A stretch of 64,000 bases of DNA from a virus. The DNA is taken from IMG/VR virus record IMGVR_UViG_3300027763_000026, one strand, 5' to 3'. Shown here piece after piece: positions 57,142 to 64,000 of this stretch. The number at the start of each line of letters is the position of its first letter. The stretch's first letter is position 1. The notes below the pieces were generated by a model. The model saw nothing but the letters and a program-made list of their open reading frames with translations, was not told the origin of the DNA and ran no database searches. The position numbers and the translations under genes were made by a program.

Positions 57142-57367
57142 CTTCGTCCTCCTCTTCTTCCTCGACATCAATAGCTTCGAAGTTATAATCAACCTCATCC
57201 CACTCAAGGGCAAAGCCATTAGCATCAGTACAATTCTCGGCCATCTCTGTTGCTTTATCAACCGCTTCCTCATCTGATGTGGCCTCCACCTCGATGTCCA
57301 CTTCTGCGATTTGGTTGCGTTGCATACGAATCGTGAATTTCTTTAGGGGTTTTTCGATGTTGTTCAT
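57128..57367 (-). CDS. Highly acidic small protein
   Basis: D/E-rich; TTGACA-N16-TATATT-N6-ATG. Confidence 0.7.
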   Translation of the reverse strand: MNNIEKPLKKFTIRMQRNQIAEVDIEVEATSDEEAVDKATEMAENCTDANGFALEWDEVDYNFEAIDVEEEEEDEDEVE

Positions 57368-57404
57368 AGTTTTAATATACTCCTTTTATATTTATTGTCA
57401 ATTA

Positions 57405-57614
57405 TTATTCGCCTTCAACTAATAAAATTAAACTATTAGCTTCTTCCATAGCTAGTTCAGTTTGATATTCATATTCTGCTTTCTTAATTTCTTTGTGATG
57501 ATAAGAATAATATAAATCAGTTAATTCGCTTAATAGCTTAAAGGCTTCTACTTTAGCTTCTGTTTCTGTATAGTAAGGTTGAGCAGTTTCAGGATTAATC
57601 ATTGGTGAGTTCAT
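57405..57614 (-). CDS. Hypothetical early protein
   Basis: TTGACA-N16-TATAGT-N6-ATG. Confidence 0.7.
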   Translation of the reverse strand: MNSPMINPETAQPYYTETEAKVEAFKLLSELTDLYYSYHHKEIKKAEYEYQTELAMEEANSLILLVEGE

Positions 57615-57649
57615 AGATTAACTATAAGATAAATTAAATTATTGTCAAA

Positions 57650-57928
57650 TTATATTTTGGCTAATTGACTTTGCCAGCTTTTATTAATCCATGCTAGTAT
57701 TTGATCTGACCAGTAACCACTTACTATTTGAAACAAATCTCTTTCGATTCTAATCCTATCAAAGCTATAATAGATATACTGATTAATTAAGTATGGTGCA
57801 TCACACGAACCTCTGGTAATATGATTAGTAGAAATAACATCTATCTTAATAGTAGTTAATGTTTTAGGAATAACTACTTTGATAGTTCCGCCAAGTGCTG
57901 TCTCGCCTATTTTGAATGTTTTAGTCAT
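57650..57928 (-). CDS. Hypothetical early protein
   Basis: TTGACA-N16-TATATT-N6-ATG. Confidence 0.7.
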   Translation of the reverse strand: MTKTFKIGETALGGTIKVVIPKTLTTIKIDVISTNHITRGSCDAPYLINQYIYYSFDRIRIERDLFQIVSGYWSDQILAWINKSWQSQLAKI

Positions 57929-57962
57929 AACTTAAATATAACTTAGATTATTATATTGTCAA

Positions 57963-58136
57963 TTATACTCTGCAAATAAATGGATGTTCGCTATCTAAAA
58001 TATCATTGGTTTCTCTATTAGCAAATAGTAATTTAGCTTGATAGAACTCATTATTACCTTCTAATATAGTTAAGTCACTATTTAATTGAGACTCATTCAT
58101 ATTATTTAGATTGTTTAGTAGTTCTTTATATGTCAT
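57963..58136 (-). CDS. Small hypothetical protein (not in ORF track)
   Basis: MTYKELLNNLNNMNESQLNSD...EHP, 57 aa. Confidence 0.6.
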   Translation of the reverse strand: MTYKELLNNLNNMNESQLNSDLTILEGNNEFYQAKLLFANRETNDILDSEHPFICRV

Positions 58137-58140
58137 AGTA

Positions 58141-58392
58141 TTAAACCCTTTCCCACTTCGCGCCCCATCTATTTAATGTATCTTTTGCTTCTTTGAATGT
58201 TTTGAAATAAGTATATTGAGTTGGTTCACAATGAGGAAACACTTGTTTAGCCATCCATACTTTCTTGTTTAGTAATTTTTTATTATACTCGCCAGTAAAC
58301 AAATAAGGATTGTTATTTACTACGCGATCTAAAATATAACAAAATATAGTAGGTTTATTTATATAGTCTGCTATGTATTTATATGTGGTCAT
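58141..58392 (-). CDS. Hypothetical early protein
   Basis: TTTACT-N16-TATATT-N6-ATG. Confidence 0.65.
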   Translation of the reverse strand: MTTYKYIADYINKPTIFCYILDRVVNNNPYLFTGEYNKKLLNKKVWMAKQVFPHCEPTQYTYFKTFKEAKDTLNRWGAKWERV

Positions 58393-58423
58393 CTAATAAA
58401 TATAACCTAAATTAAAAATAAGT

Positions 58424-58615
58424 AAAGAAAAGAAAGTTGGTTTCTGCGATACCAACAAACGCTCAAGGGATATATGGTAGTAGAGTTATTTCGCAATATC
58501 TACTACATCCAATCCTTGATCTAGGTGCGAAAGTTTCGTAGAAGGAACGGAAAAGATATACGGCGCCTCGCTCTTTTCCATTACATCCTCTCGCAACCGA
58601 GAGTTTGCCTTCTAC
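58424..58615 (-). ncRNA. Candidate multi-hairpin structured RNA ending in an intrinsic terminator
   Basis: 8-bp stem closing a 3-way junction, GCGA-capped long hairpin, terminal hairpin plus U-tract. Confidence 0.55.
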
Positions 58616-58625
58616 TATTACTATA

Positions 58626-58757
58626 TTACTTTGAATCTTCTTTCTTGTCAACTTCTATCTTTCCTCCGACCATCTCTTTAAAAATATTACCGAAAAAACA
58701 CAAAAGATTATTGCAATCGCCATAGTTTAGTTCTTTCTCCATTTGTTTCTTGCTCAT
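58626..58757 (-). CDS. Small hypothetical protein (not in ORF track)
   Basis: MSKKQMEKELNYGDC..., 43 aa; TATAAT 7 nt before the ATG. Confidence 0.45.
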   Translation of the reverse strand: MSKKQMEKELNYGDCNNLLCFFGNIFKEMVGGKIEVDKKEDSK

Positions 58758-58803
58758 ATGCTCTATTATACATCAAATACAACAGATTGTAGAACAAAAA
58801 AAA

Positions 58804-58971
58804 TTAGTTATCTAAAAAAATTTCTGACCATTTTTTATTTGGCAAAGCTTCTTGAACAACAAAGATCGCTGTACCAAGGGCTTTGTTGAACTCCTCGGAT
58901 CTTTGATCGTCTGGTATATCATTAGAATACCTTACCAAGTTTATTAATGATTTTAAAATTTTTTCATTCAT
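58804..58971 (-). CDS. Small hypothetical protein (not in ORF track)
   Basis: MNEKILKSLINLVRYSND..., 55 aa. Confidence 0.5.
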   Translation of the reverse strand: MNEKILKSLINLVRYSNDIPDDQRSEEFNKALGTAIFVVQEALPNKKWSEIFLDN

Positions 58972-59053
58972 AATAGTTGCGGTTTACGATACCACAAAAC
59001 GATTTGCTGTTAACGGAAGCAACCACCGATGACCAAAACCACCTCACCAAACT

Positions 59054-59404
59054 TTATGCGACATTTAACTCAACTTCAAGTTTTTTCGTTTTACCCATCC
59101 AAGGTTCTGGCATAATATGTTTAAGCCAATCTTGCATAGATGGAATAAAGCCCAAGTCCTCTGCTATGTGCTGTTCGCCAACCCAACGAGTAGGAATCTT
59201 TTTACCATTAGATAGTGTGATGGTATTACCAAATATCCTCTCACACATAAAGATACCTTCGGCGTGATGTCGTAAAGCACGATGGCGAAAGTCTGCCATC
59301 ATCATCTTACTCTCATCAAACCAATCGTGAATCTTCTGGTAATCTTCTGCTGAACCGCCCCACTTCTTTGCTGACGATAATGAATGGTGATATGGATTAG
59401 CCAT
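59054..59404 (-). CDS. DUF6915-like protein
   Basis: MANPYHHSLSSAKKWGG..IHDWFDESK..RHRALRHHAEGIF..E..FG..EQHIAEDLG.IPS..DWL. Confidence 0.8.
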   Translation of the reverse strand: MANPYHHSLSSAKKWGGSAEDYQKIHDWFDESKMMMADFRHRALRHHAEGIFMCERIFGNTITLSNGKKIPTRWVGEQHIAEDLGFIPSMQDWLKHIMPEPWMGKTKKLEVELNVA

Positions 59405-59922
59405 TAGAAACTCTCCTCACTAGTCCGAACCTCTTCTATCCTCTCATTGTATTCGAGATTCACCTTGCGACCAGCAACATCAAAGTGAAATGTTCCGTAA
59501 CTACCTTCGTTGATTTCCCAACCGCCGTGGCTTGCACCTAACTTATCATAACATATCTCTTCAATAATCTCTCTGACATTTCCTTCTGTGGCTTCTGTCT
59601 TGACTAGCTTTTTTGTCTTTTCATCCCATTTGTGATAGGATGTTTTAGCTGAACCTTTAACAATAACCTTATCAAGATATGCTTCGTCTATGCCCTTGCC
59701 ATTAGCGTCTGTATAATCTACTGATTCGATTTGTCCAGAGTCTCCGCAACCTTCAAAAGATACTTCAATAGAAGAGACTTTTGTTTGTGCTAGGGTATCG
59801 AATAATAGGTTAGCATGATACTTTACTCTATCTGCTTTCTTTAGTTGGTCTGCTTTAATTTGTGCCATGATGTCATCCATCTTTGGCAATTTGATTTTTT
59901 TAGATTTAGATGTTTTGCTCAT
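59404..59922 (-). CDS. DUF6878-like protein
   Basis: V.F.G.GDSGQIE...GWEINEGSYG.F.FDV; TTGCGT-N16-TATGCT-N6-ATG. Confidence 0.78.
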   Translation of the reverse strand: MSKTSKSKKIKLPKMDDIMAQIKADQLKKADRVKYHANLLFDTLAQTKVSSIEVSFEGCGDSGQIESVDYTDANGKGIDEAYLDKVIVKGSAKTSYHKWDEKTKKLVKTEATEGNVREIIEEICYDKLGASHGGWEINEGSYGTFHFDVAGRKVNLEYNERIEEVRTSEESF

Positions 59923-59947
59923 ATAAAGAGCATAACCGATATTCTAA

Positions 59948-60133
59948 TTAACGCAACTTCTTTTTACTATTCTTTTTCTTTTTATTAAACTTACCAAAGA
60001 TATCACATCCATTATCATACAACATAGAACAAACATAGTTAACACTATAGTACATAATGCCAATAGCAATTCCTAATCCAATCATCCTTATTTCGCTAGT
60101 TCCAATTAAATTTTCAGTTACAATTAAAAACAT
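59948..60133 (-). CDS. Small membrane protein
   Basis: Hydrophobic segment followed by a basic tail. Confidence 0.45.
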   Translation of the reverse strand: MFLIVTENLIGTSEIRMIGLGIAIGIMYYSVNYVCSMLYDNGCDIFGKFNKKKKNSKKKLR

Positions 60134-60138
60134 ATTAT

Positions 60139-60321
60139 TTAAACCTTATTTGCTACTAATCTACTAATCTTTGCTTTTTCTAGTAAAGCTTCTAGACGCT
60201 CAACTTGTTCCTCGTACCCCCAAGATTGTCTACCCTTAAGATAAGATATCTGATCAACAATAGCATCTTGAATTAATTCCCAATCTTCTCTTTTAAAATT
60301 TTCATCTGTATATTGACTCAT
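60139..60321 (-). CDS. Hypothetical early protein
   Basis: TTGACA-N16-TATACT-N6-ATG. Confidence 0.7.
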   Translation of the reverse strand: MSQYTDENFKREDWELIQDAIVDQISYLKGRQSWGYEEQVERLEALLEKAKISRLVANKV

Positions 60322-60337
60322 ATATTTAGTATAACCT

Positions 60338-60574
60338 TTATTTATGTGATGTCAATTTGTATTTATTTATAACTGCAAGATAGCTATTTCGCTTTTTAGC
60401 TTTATATTTTCTAAGAGTCTTATATCTTTTCTTTACTTTTTGCTTTCTATTTGACCAATAGTGAATCGGATTTGTATCATAGCTTACATATTTAGCTCTA
60501 AAGAATTTATAAATAACATATAGCCCCGAACTAAATGCTGAGAGTACCACTATTAAAGCTGTTAAATGATTCAT
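60338..60574 (-). CDS. Membrane-anchored basic protein
   Basis: N-terminal TM; 4-nt overlap with the upstream gene. Confidence 0.6.
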   Translation of the reverse strand: MNHLTALIVVLSAFSSGLYVIYKFFRAKYVSYDTNPIHYWSNRKQKVKKRYKTLRKYKAKKRNSYLAVINKYKLTSHK

Positions 60575-60807
60575 ATATTTCCTTCTAATTTCTTTAGTAT
60601 TTCCATAGTAATACCTTTATTTTCATCTGTCAAGTTCGCACTATATTTATTTAGAATATTTTGAATCACATTATTTTTAAATGATCTTAGAGCATACCAA
60701 TCAAAGTCATAGCCCATATTTAAAGAGTTCCATTCAGTATTTAAAGCATAATAAAGATAAGCCAATTCATTTTCGGTCATTGCTTTTATTTGGTTGTCTG
60801 TTATCAT
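60571..60807 (-). CDS. Hypothetical protein
   Basis: ORF track, 78 aa. Confidence 0.6.
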   Translation of the reverse strand: MITDNQIKAMTENELAYLYYALNTEWNSLNMGYDFDWYALRSFKNNVIQNILNKYSANLTDENKGITMEILKKLEGNI

Positions 60808-61019
60808 TGTTTCACTTAATGTGGTTCGAAAAATGAAGAAGTGCTATGCAACCTAGCATACATAATAGTGTTATAGTTATTTGGGACATATTGATTAATC
60901 TGTGGTTTTTGCAAATCGAAAGAGGTCTAACTATTTGCTAGGAACACCACAAACCTTACTTCCTTGGGCTTCACGGTTTATTTATTATATCTTTTGTTTG
61001 CGAAAAGTCTAAAGTATAA

Positions 61020-61048
61020 TAGGACACTGGGATTGAACCAATGTCCTA
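61020..61048 (-). other. tRNA minihelix-like hairpin with a TTCAATC loop
   Basis: TAGGACATTGG-TTCAATC-CCAGTGTCCTA. Confidence 0.55.
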
Positions 61049-61056
61049 CTATTACA

Positions 61057-61218
61057 TTACTTGGCTGAAACAGAAACTACTGAACCGCCAGTCTTGTTTG
61101 CGAATCGCTTACTAGCGATCTTTGCACCACGAAGAGTTGGGTAACTCTTGGGAGCAACAACAAGCTGACCAGTTGTAGCTTTAACAGACCAAGTATATTG
61201 CGTGTTAGTTATATTCAT
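61057..61218 (-). CDS. Small basic protein (not in ORF track)
   Basis: MNITNTQYTWSVKATTGQ..., 53 aa; TTGACT-N17-TAATAT-N6-ATG. Confidence 0.65.
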   Translation of the reverse strand: MNITNTQYTWSVKATTGQLVVAPKSYPTLRGAKIASKRFANKTGGSVVSVSAK

Positions 61219-61256
61219 AAGTTAATATTAGTATATATTTAAGATATAGTCAACTA

Positions 61257-61463
61257 TTATCTTCGATTATTTTTTTGAATCTTTTCTATCTTTGGAATGC
61301 CAACAGCATCTTCTTTGTTAAAGACGCTCTTCTTGCTTTTGCCCATATGAAGTTCTCGTACATCCTTACCACGCTTCTGATTACCCCAAGGGTTCATACC
61401 AGAGTTTTTAATGTTATCAGCAAAGTTTTTAATAGCTTTGATTTCTTTATTTGTTAATGCCAT
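61257..61463 (-). CDS. Small basic protein
   Basis: TTGACT-N17-TAGTAT-N7-ATG. Confidence 0.65.
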   Translation of the reverse strand: MALTNKEIKAIKNFADNIKNSGMNPWGNQKRGKDVRELHMGKSKKSVFNKEDAVGIPKIEKIQKNNRR

Positions 61464-61531
61464 ATTTATAATACTACAAAGGATTTATTAATAAGTCAAT
61501 AAGTTTATTAATATCCTAATATAGTTTAAAA

Positions 61532-61954
61532 TTAAACAAAATAATCTAAAAAAGCCTTTGCCCCTTTGCCTAGCTTCCAGTTAAATAATTTCCTTATTTC
61601 TTGAAATGAAGGACATTCTGGAAGGTTATCTTTGATTGGATATAATACATCTTCATTTATAGCTAACATTTTATAGTTATCAGATAATAAATTATATTCA
61701 TTATCGCTCTCTCTATAACATATATATTTGGGGCTATATTTAATTGCTATGTATTTATCTTTGCTTTCTACTAGAGCTATACTATCATTTAAACCAATAT
61801 CAATATGAGCTATATAACATATAGTTAATTTATTTTTTAATTTAATATAAAGATCATTGTCTGTTACTATCCAATTACCTAATTTGTATTTAGGATTTTT
61901 TATAGTATCATAATAACTCTCTAGAGTAGCTTCTAGATTATTTGAGTTTTTCAT
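61532..61954 (-). CDS. Hypothetical protein
   Basis: ORF track, 140 aa. Confidence 0.55.
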   Translation of the reverse strand: MKNSNNLEATLESYYDTIKNPKYKLGNWIVTDNDLYIKLKNKLTICYIAHIDIGLNDSIALVESKDKYIAIKYSPKYICYRESDNEYNLLSDNYKMLAINEDVLYPIKDNLPECPSFQEIRKLFNWKLGKGAKAFLDYFV

Positions 61955-62066
61955 CCTTATACATAGATTACATTAAGATAAAGATAAAATAAAGATATAT
62001 TTTTTTATAATAATTGTGCTTGACTTTGTAGATATATATTTTATATACCACCAATTAAACTATACT

Positions 62067-62279
62067 CTATCCTAATCTATTATACTTCTTTCTATTCTTA
62101 TCTATGTTATTTAGTGTTATCTCTAGAGTATTTCTTAAAAACAAGACCATATATAGAGTTCCTAACAAACTCAATAACACTAGAAAGTATAATACTCCTA
62201 ATAACAAGTAAAATGGCTTAAATATATACCCTTGTATATCAAAATCTATACCTAATAAAGACATAATCTTACTTTTCAC
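62067..62279 (-). CDS. Small membrane protein
   Basis: Hydrophobic stretch. Confidence 0.5.
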   Translation of the reverse strand: MKSKIMSLLGIDFDIQGYIFKPFYLLLGVLYFLVLLSLLGTLYMVLFLRNTLEITLNNIDKNRKKYNRLG

Positions 62280-62460
62280 CTCTCTTTTTAATATACTGCC
62301 TTATTCTCTTTGCTTCAAGTAAAATAAGAAGGTTAAATAAGAATAGTGCCACGAAACTGCACAAGAATATACCAAGATCAAGGCTAATAGTAGGGTTTAG
62401 GTCAGTATAAGCCAAAGTATCATTAATTATAAGAAACATATTATAGGTCTTTATATTCAA
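62269..62460 (-). CDS. Small membrane protein
   Basis: Hydrophobic stretch plus basic tail. Confidence 0.5.
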   Translation of the reverse strand: MNIKTYNMFLIINDTLAYTDLNPTISLDLGIFLCSFVALFLFNLLILLEAKRIRQYIKKRGEK

Positions 62461-62525
62461 TATAAACGGCTATCAATGCTATCGCTATAAATCCAATAAA
62501 TACTAATTTCATATTATGGAATACT

Positions 62526-62831
62526 TTATACTTGAGAATCTTGCCAAAGGTTCTTTTTAGGAATAGTATCTTCTACAAATCTAGTAGCTTCTTCTCTAAC
62601 ATACCATTCCCAAGGAGTTCCATTCCTATCAACCACAACGCAATAATGCTCGCTATTTGGCACATAACCAATCCTACCATAGTATTGAGTTCCATCTTCA
62701 ATCTGAAACATTACTTCTCTGCCTTCGTTTCGTTCCATCACAAAAATCTTGGCATCATCATTTGCCGATTCTGCTACTTGAGGATATGTAGCGTCATAAT
62801 CTAATGGGTTAGCTCCAAGTATAGGACTCAT
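62526..62831 (-). CDS. Hypothetical protein
   Basis: 4-nt overlap with mazG. Confidence 0.6.
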   Translation of the reverse strand: MSPILGANPLDYDATYPQVAESANDDAKIFVMERNEGREVMFQIEDGTQYYGRIGYVPNSEHYCVVVDRNGTPWEWYVREEATRFVEDTIPKKNLWQDSQV

Positions 62832-63163
62832 CTTTTATCTCCACTTCCTTTTATTTTACCTCTTTTTAATCTATCTGCAAGTTTATTTATATTATTTATT
62901 GCAACATCTTCAAGATTAACTCCAAGTTCATCTGCTAAACTAGCACAATACCATAATACATCACCAAGTTCATCAAATATGTCTGCTTTGTTTATTTTGG
63001 TAAGTTTTCCATTGTTATCTCTCATTATCTTCTTAACTTTATTAGCAATCTCACCAGCTTCGCCAACAAGCCCTAAAGTAGTATAGTATAATCCATCGTT
63101 AGCTAAATATCTTGGATAAAAAGCAGTTCTACTAGCATTAGTCTGAAAATTATTAAATGTCAT
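62828..63163 (-). CDS. mazG: MazG-like nucleotide pyrophosphohydrolase
   Basis: LGLVGEAGEIANKVKK..ELGDVLWY..N..KL..R...G.I.GSGD.R. Confidence 0.9.
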   Translation of the reverse strand: MTFNNFQTNASRTAFYPRYLANDGLYYTTLGLVGEAGEIANKVKKIMRDNNGKLTKINKADIFDELGDVLWYCASLADELGVNLEDVAINNINKLADRLKRGKIKGSGDKR

Positions 63164-63351
63164 TTCTTTTTACTTTTGCTTTTCTTTTTAGGTTTGACAT
63201 ATTTCCAAACCTTTCCATTCTGGTCTAAATCAACACTCCAGAGCATAATCTTATTATAAACTTTCCAACCATAGCCATTTCCAAGCCTCATAGTAGTTAA
63301 ACTAATAATATCACCAATATGATATAGAAATTTACTTAAAAGTAGCTTCAT
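63160..63351 (-). CDS. Hypothetical protein
   Basis: LLSK.LY.IGD.IS..YN.IM.WS..LD motif; coupled to its neighbours. Confidence 0.65.
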   Translation of the reverse strand: MKLLLSKFLYHIGDIISLTTMRLGNGYGWKVYNKIMLWSVDLDQNGKVWKYVKPKKKSKSKKK

Positions 63352-63758
63352 TTTCTTTTGCTTTTAGTCTTTTTAGCCTCGCCCAAGCCTTTAATTAGTG
63401 CATAGTTAAAACCAATATTAATAAACTCATCTTCTGTAATTACCCTTCTGCCCAAGCCAAGGAAAAAATCTTTCATACGATCTCCCATATCCACTTGAGT
63501 ATCAAATACATTCTTTTTCTTAAACTTACCTACTTTAAGATGGTAAGGGTCAGTAGATTTATTTTTTGTTTTTATAACTTCAATCTCCTCATAAAACATT
63601 CTACAATTTTCTAATGCAAAATCAATATCTTTTGTTGGATAACCATTCTTTTTTAAGAAAGTTTTTAAGTGTCCATCTTTTTTCTCATCGTATGGTTTAG
63701 GAAAGCCATATTTCCAACCAGAAGGCGGGTCAATCATAAGTTGAGTTTTATTCTTCAT
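63348..63758 (-). CDS. Hypothetical protein
   Basis: IDPPSGWKYGFPK motif; C-terminal VITE.E.I.IG segment shared with 63755..63988. Confidence 0.7.
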   Translation of the reverse strand: MKNKTQLMIDPPSGWKYGFPKPYDEKKDGHLKTFLKKNGYPTKDIDFALENCRMFYEEIEVIKTKNKSTDPYHLKVGKFKKKNVFDTQVDMGDRMKDFFLGLGRRVITEDEFINIGFNYALIKGLGEAKKTKSKRK

Positions 63759-63988
63759 CTCTTTTTAGATTTTAACTTTTTATTAATGGAAGTCAATTCA
63801 AATTTATTATTCTTTGATTTTGAGAATATATGTCTAAAACCTATCATAATATATTCTTCTTCTGTGATTACCTTCTTGCCAACATTCTTTAGTATTTTAA
63901 ATGCTTTCTCGTCTCCTTGTAAATCTGCAACATAAGATGTAATAGATTTAAGATTGCTATATTTAATCTGTGGAATCTGTTTTTTCAT
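63755..63988 (-). CDS. Hypothetical protein
   Basis: GKKVITEEEYIMIGF, similar to the C-terminus of 63348..63758. Confidence 0.6.
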   Translation of the reverse strand: MKKQIPQIKYSNLKSITSYVADLQGDEKAFKILKNVGKKVITEEEYIMIGFRHIFSKSKNNKFELTSINKKLKSKKR

Positions 63989-64000
63989 TTAACAACCTTG

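Noticed and set aside
58538-58615. Three-way junction as a hammerhead ribozyme
   Set aside because: The CUGANGA and GAAA core elements are absent on both strands.
58463-58725. ORFs 58463..58651 (-) and 58525..58725 (+)
   Set aside because: They run through a heavily base-paired segment and lack promoter support; a structured RNA plus 58626..58757 explains the region better.
61020-61048. A fifth full tRNA gene
   Set aside because: Only an acceptor/T-arm-like hairpin is present, with no D or anticodon arm.
2020-63935. Short antisense or alternative-frame ORFs in the track (e.g. 2020..2226, 7586..7792, 9681..9881, 13851..14036, 15284..15628, 16520..16912, 29038..29304, 30046..30630, 37417..37815, 46690..47166, 55382..55687, 62532..62804)
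   Set aside because: They are shadows of longer, motif-bearing genes and have no motif or promoter support.
1-64000. Stop-codon recoding (alternative genetic code)
   Set aside because: terL, portal, capsid and other core genes are intact in the standard code, and no suppressor tRNA is seen.
1-64000. Prophage boundary, integrase, intron or IS element
   Set aside because: No host housekeeping genes, recombinase, transposase, homing endonuclease or interrupted core gene was recognised.

Overview
A 64-kb fragment of a large, AT-rich tailed-phage genome. No integrase, CRISPR array, rRNA or reverse transcriptase is visible. From 1 to about 45.9 kb the genes are mostly minus-strand late/morphogenesis genes: a phage sigma factor, an ERCC4-type nuclease, terminase large subunit, portal, prohead protease/scaffold, major capsid protein, a lysis cassette and an unusually large set of fibre/lectin (LamG, PA14, repeat-solenoid) genes. 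About 18 of these genes have a GTGTAA motif just upstream. After an AT-rich, G/C-tract boundary at about 45.9-46.2 kb comes an early region of small genes (SleB-like hydrolase, Gp88-like, ArdC, DUF932, DUF6915/DUF6878, MazG), four tRNAs and at least two candidate structured ncRNAs. The main unexplained signals are: (1) 20 copies of a 27-bp pseudo-palindrome confined to 46.2-56.2 kb, eight times paired at exactly 48-bp spacing and usually lying between a gene end and the next promoter; (2) 22 sigma70-like promoters, 20 with a 16-nt spacer, whose ATG sits at about +1 (leaderless mRNA); (3) a UAU-anticodon tRNA with a long variable arm next to a short-arm tRNA-Leu; (4) a 27-nt tandem repeat in a fibre gene whose codon variation resembles DGR-type adenine mutagenesis. 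Family names come from recalled motifs; no database search was run.
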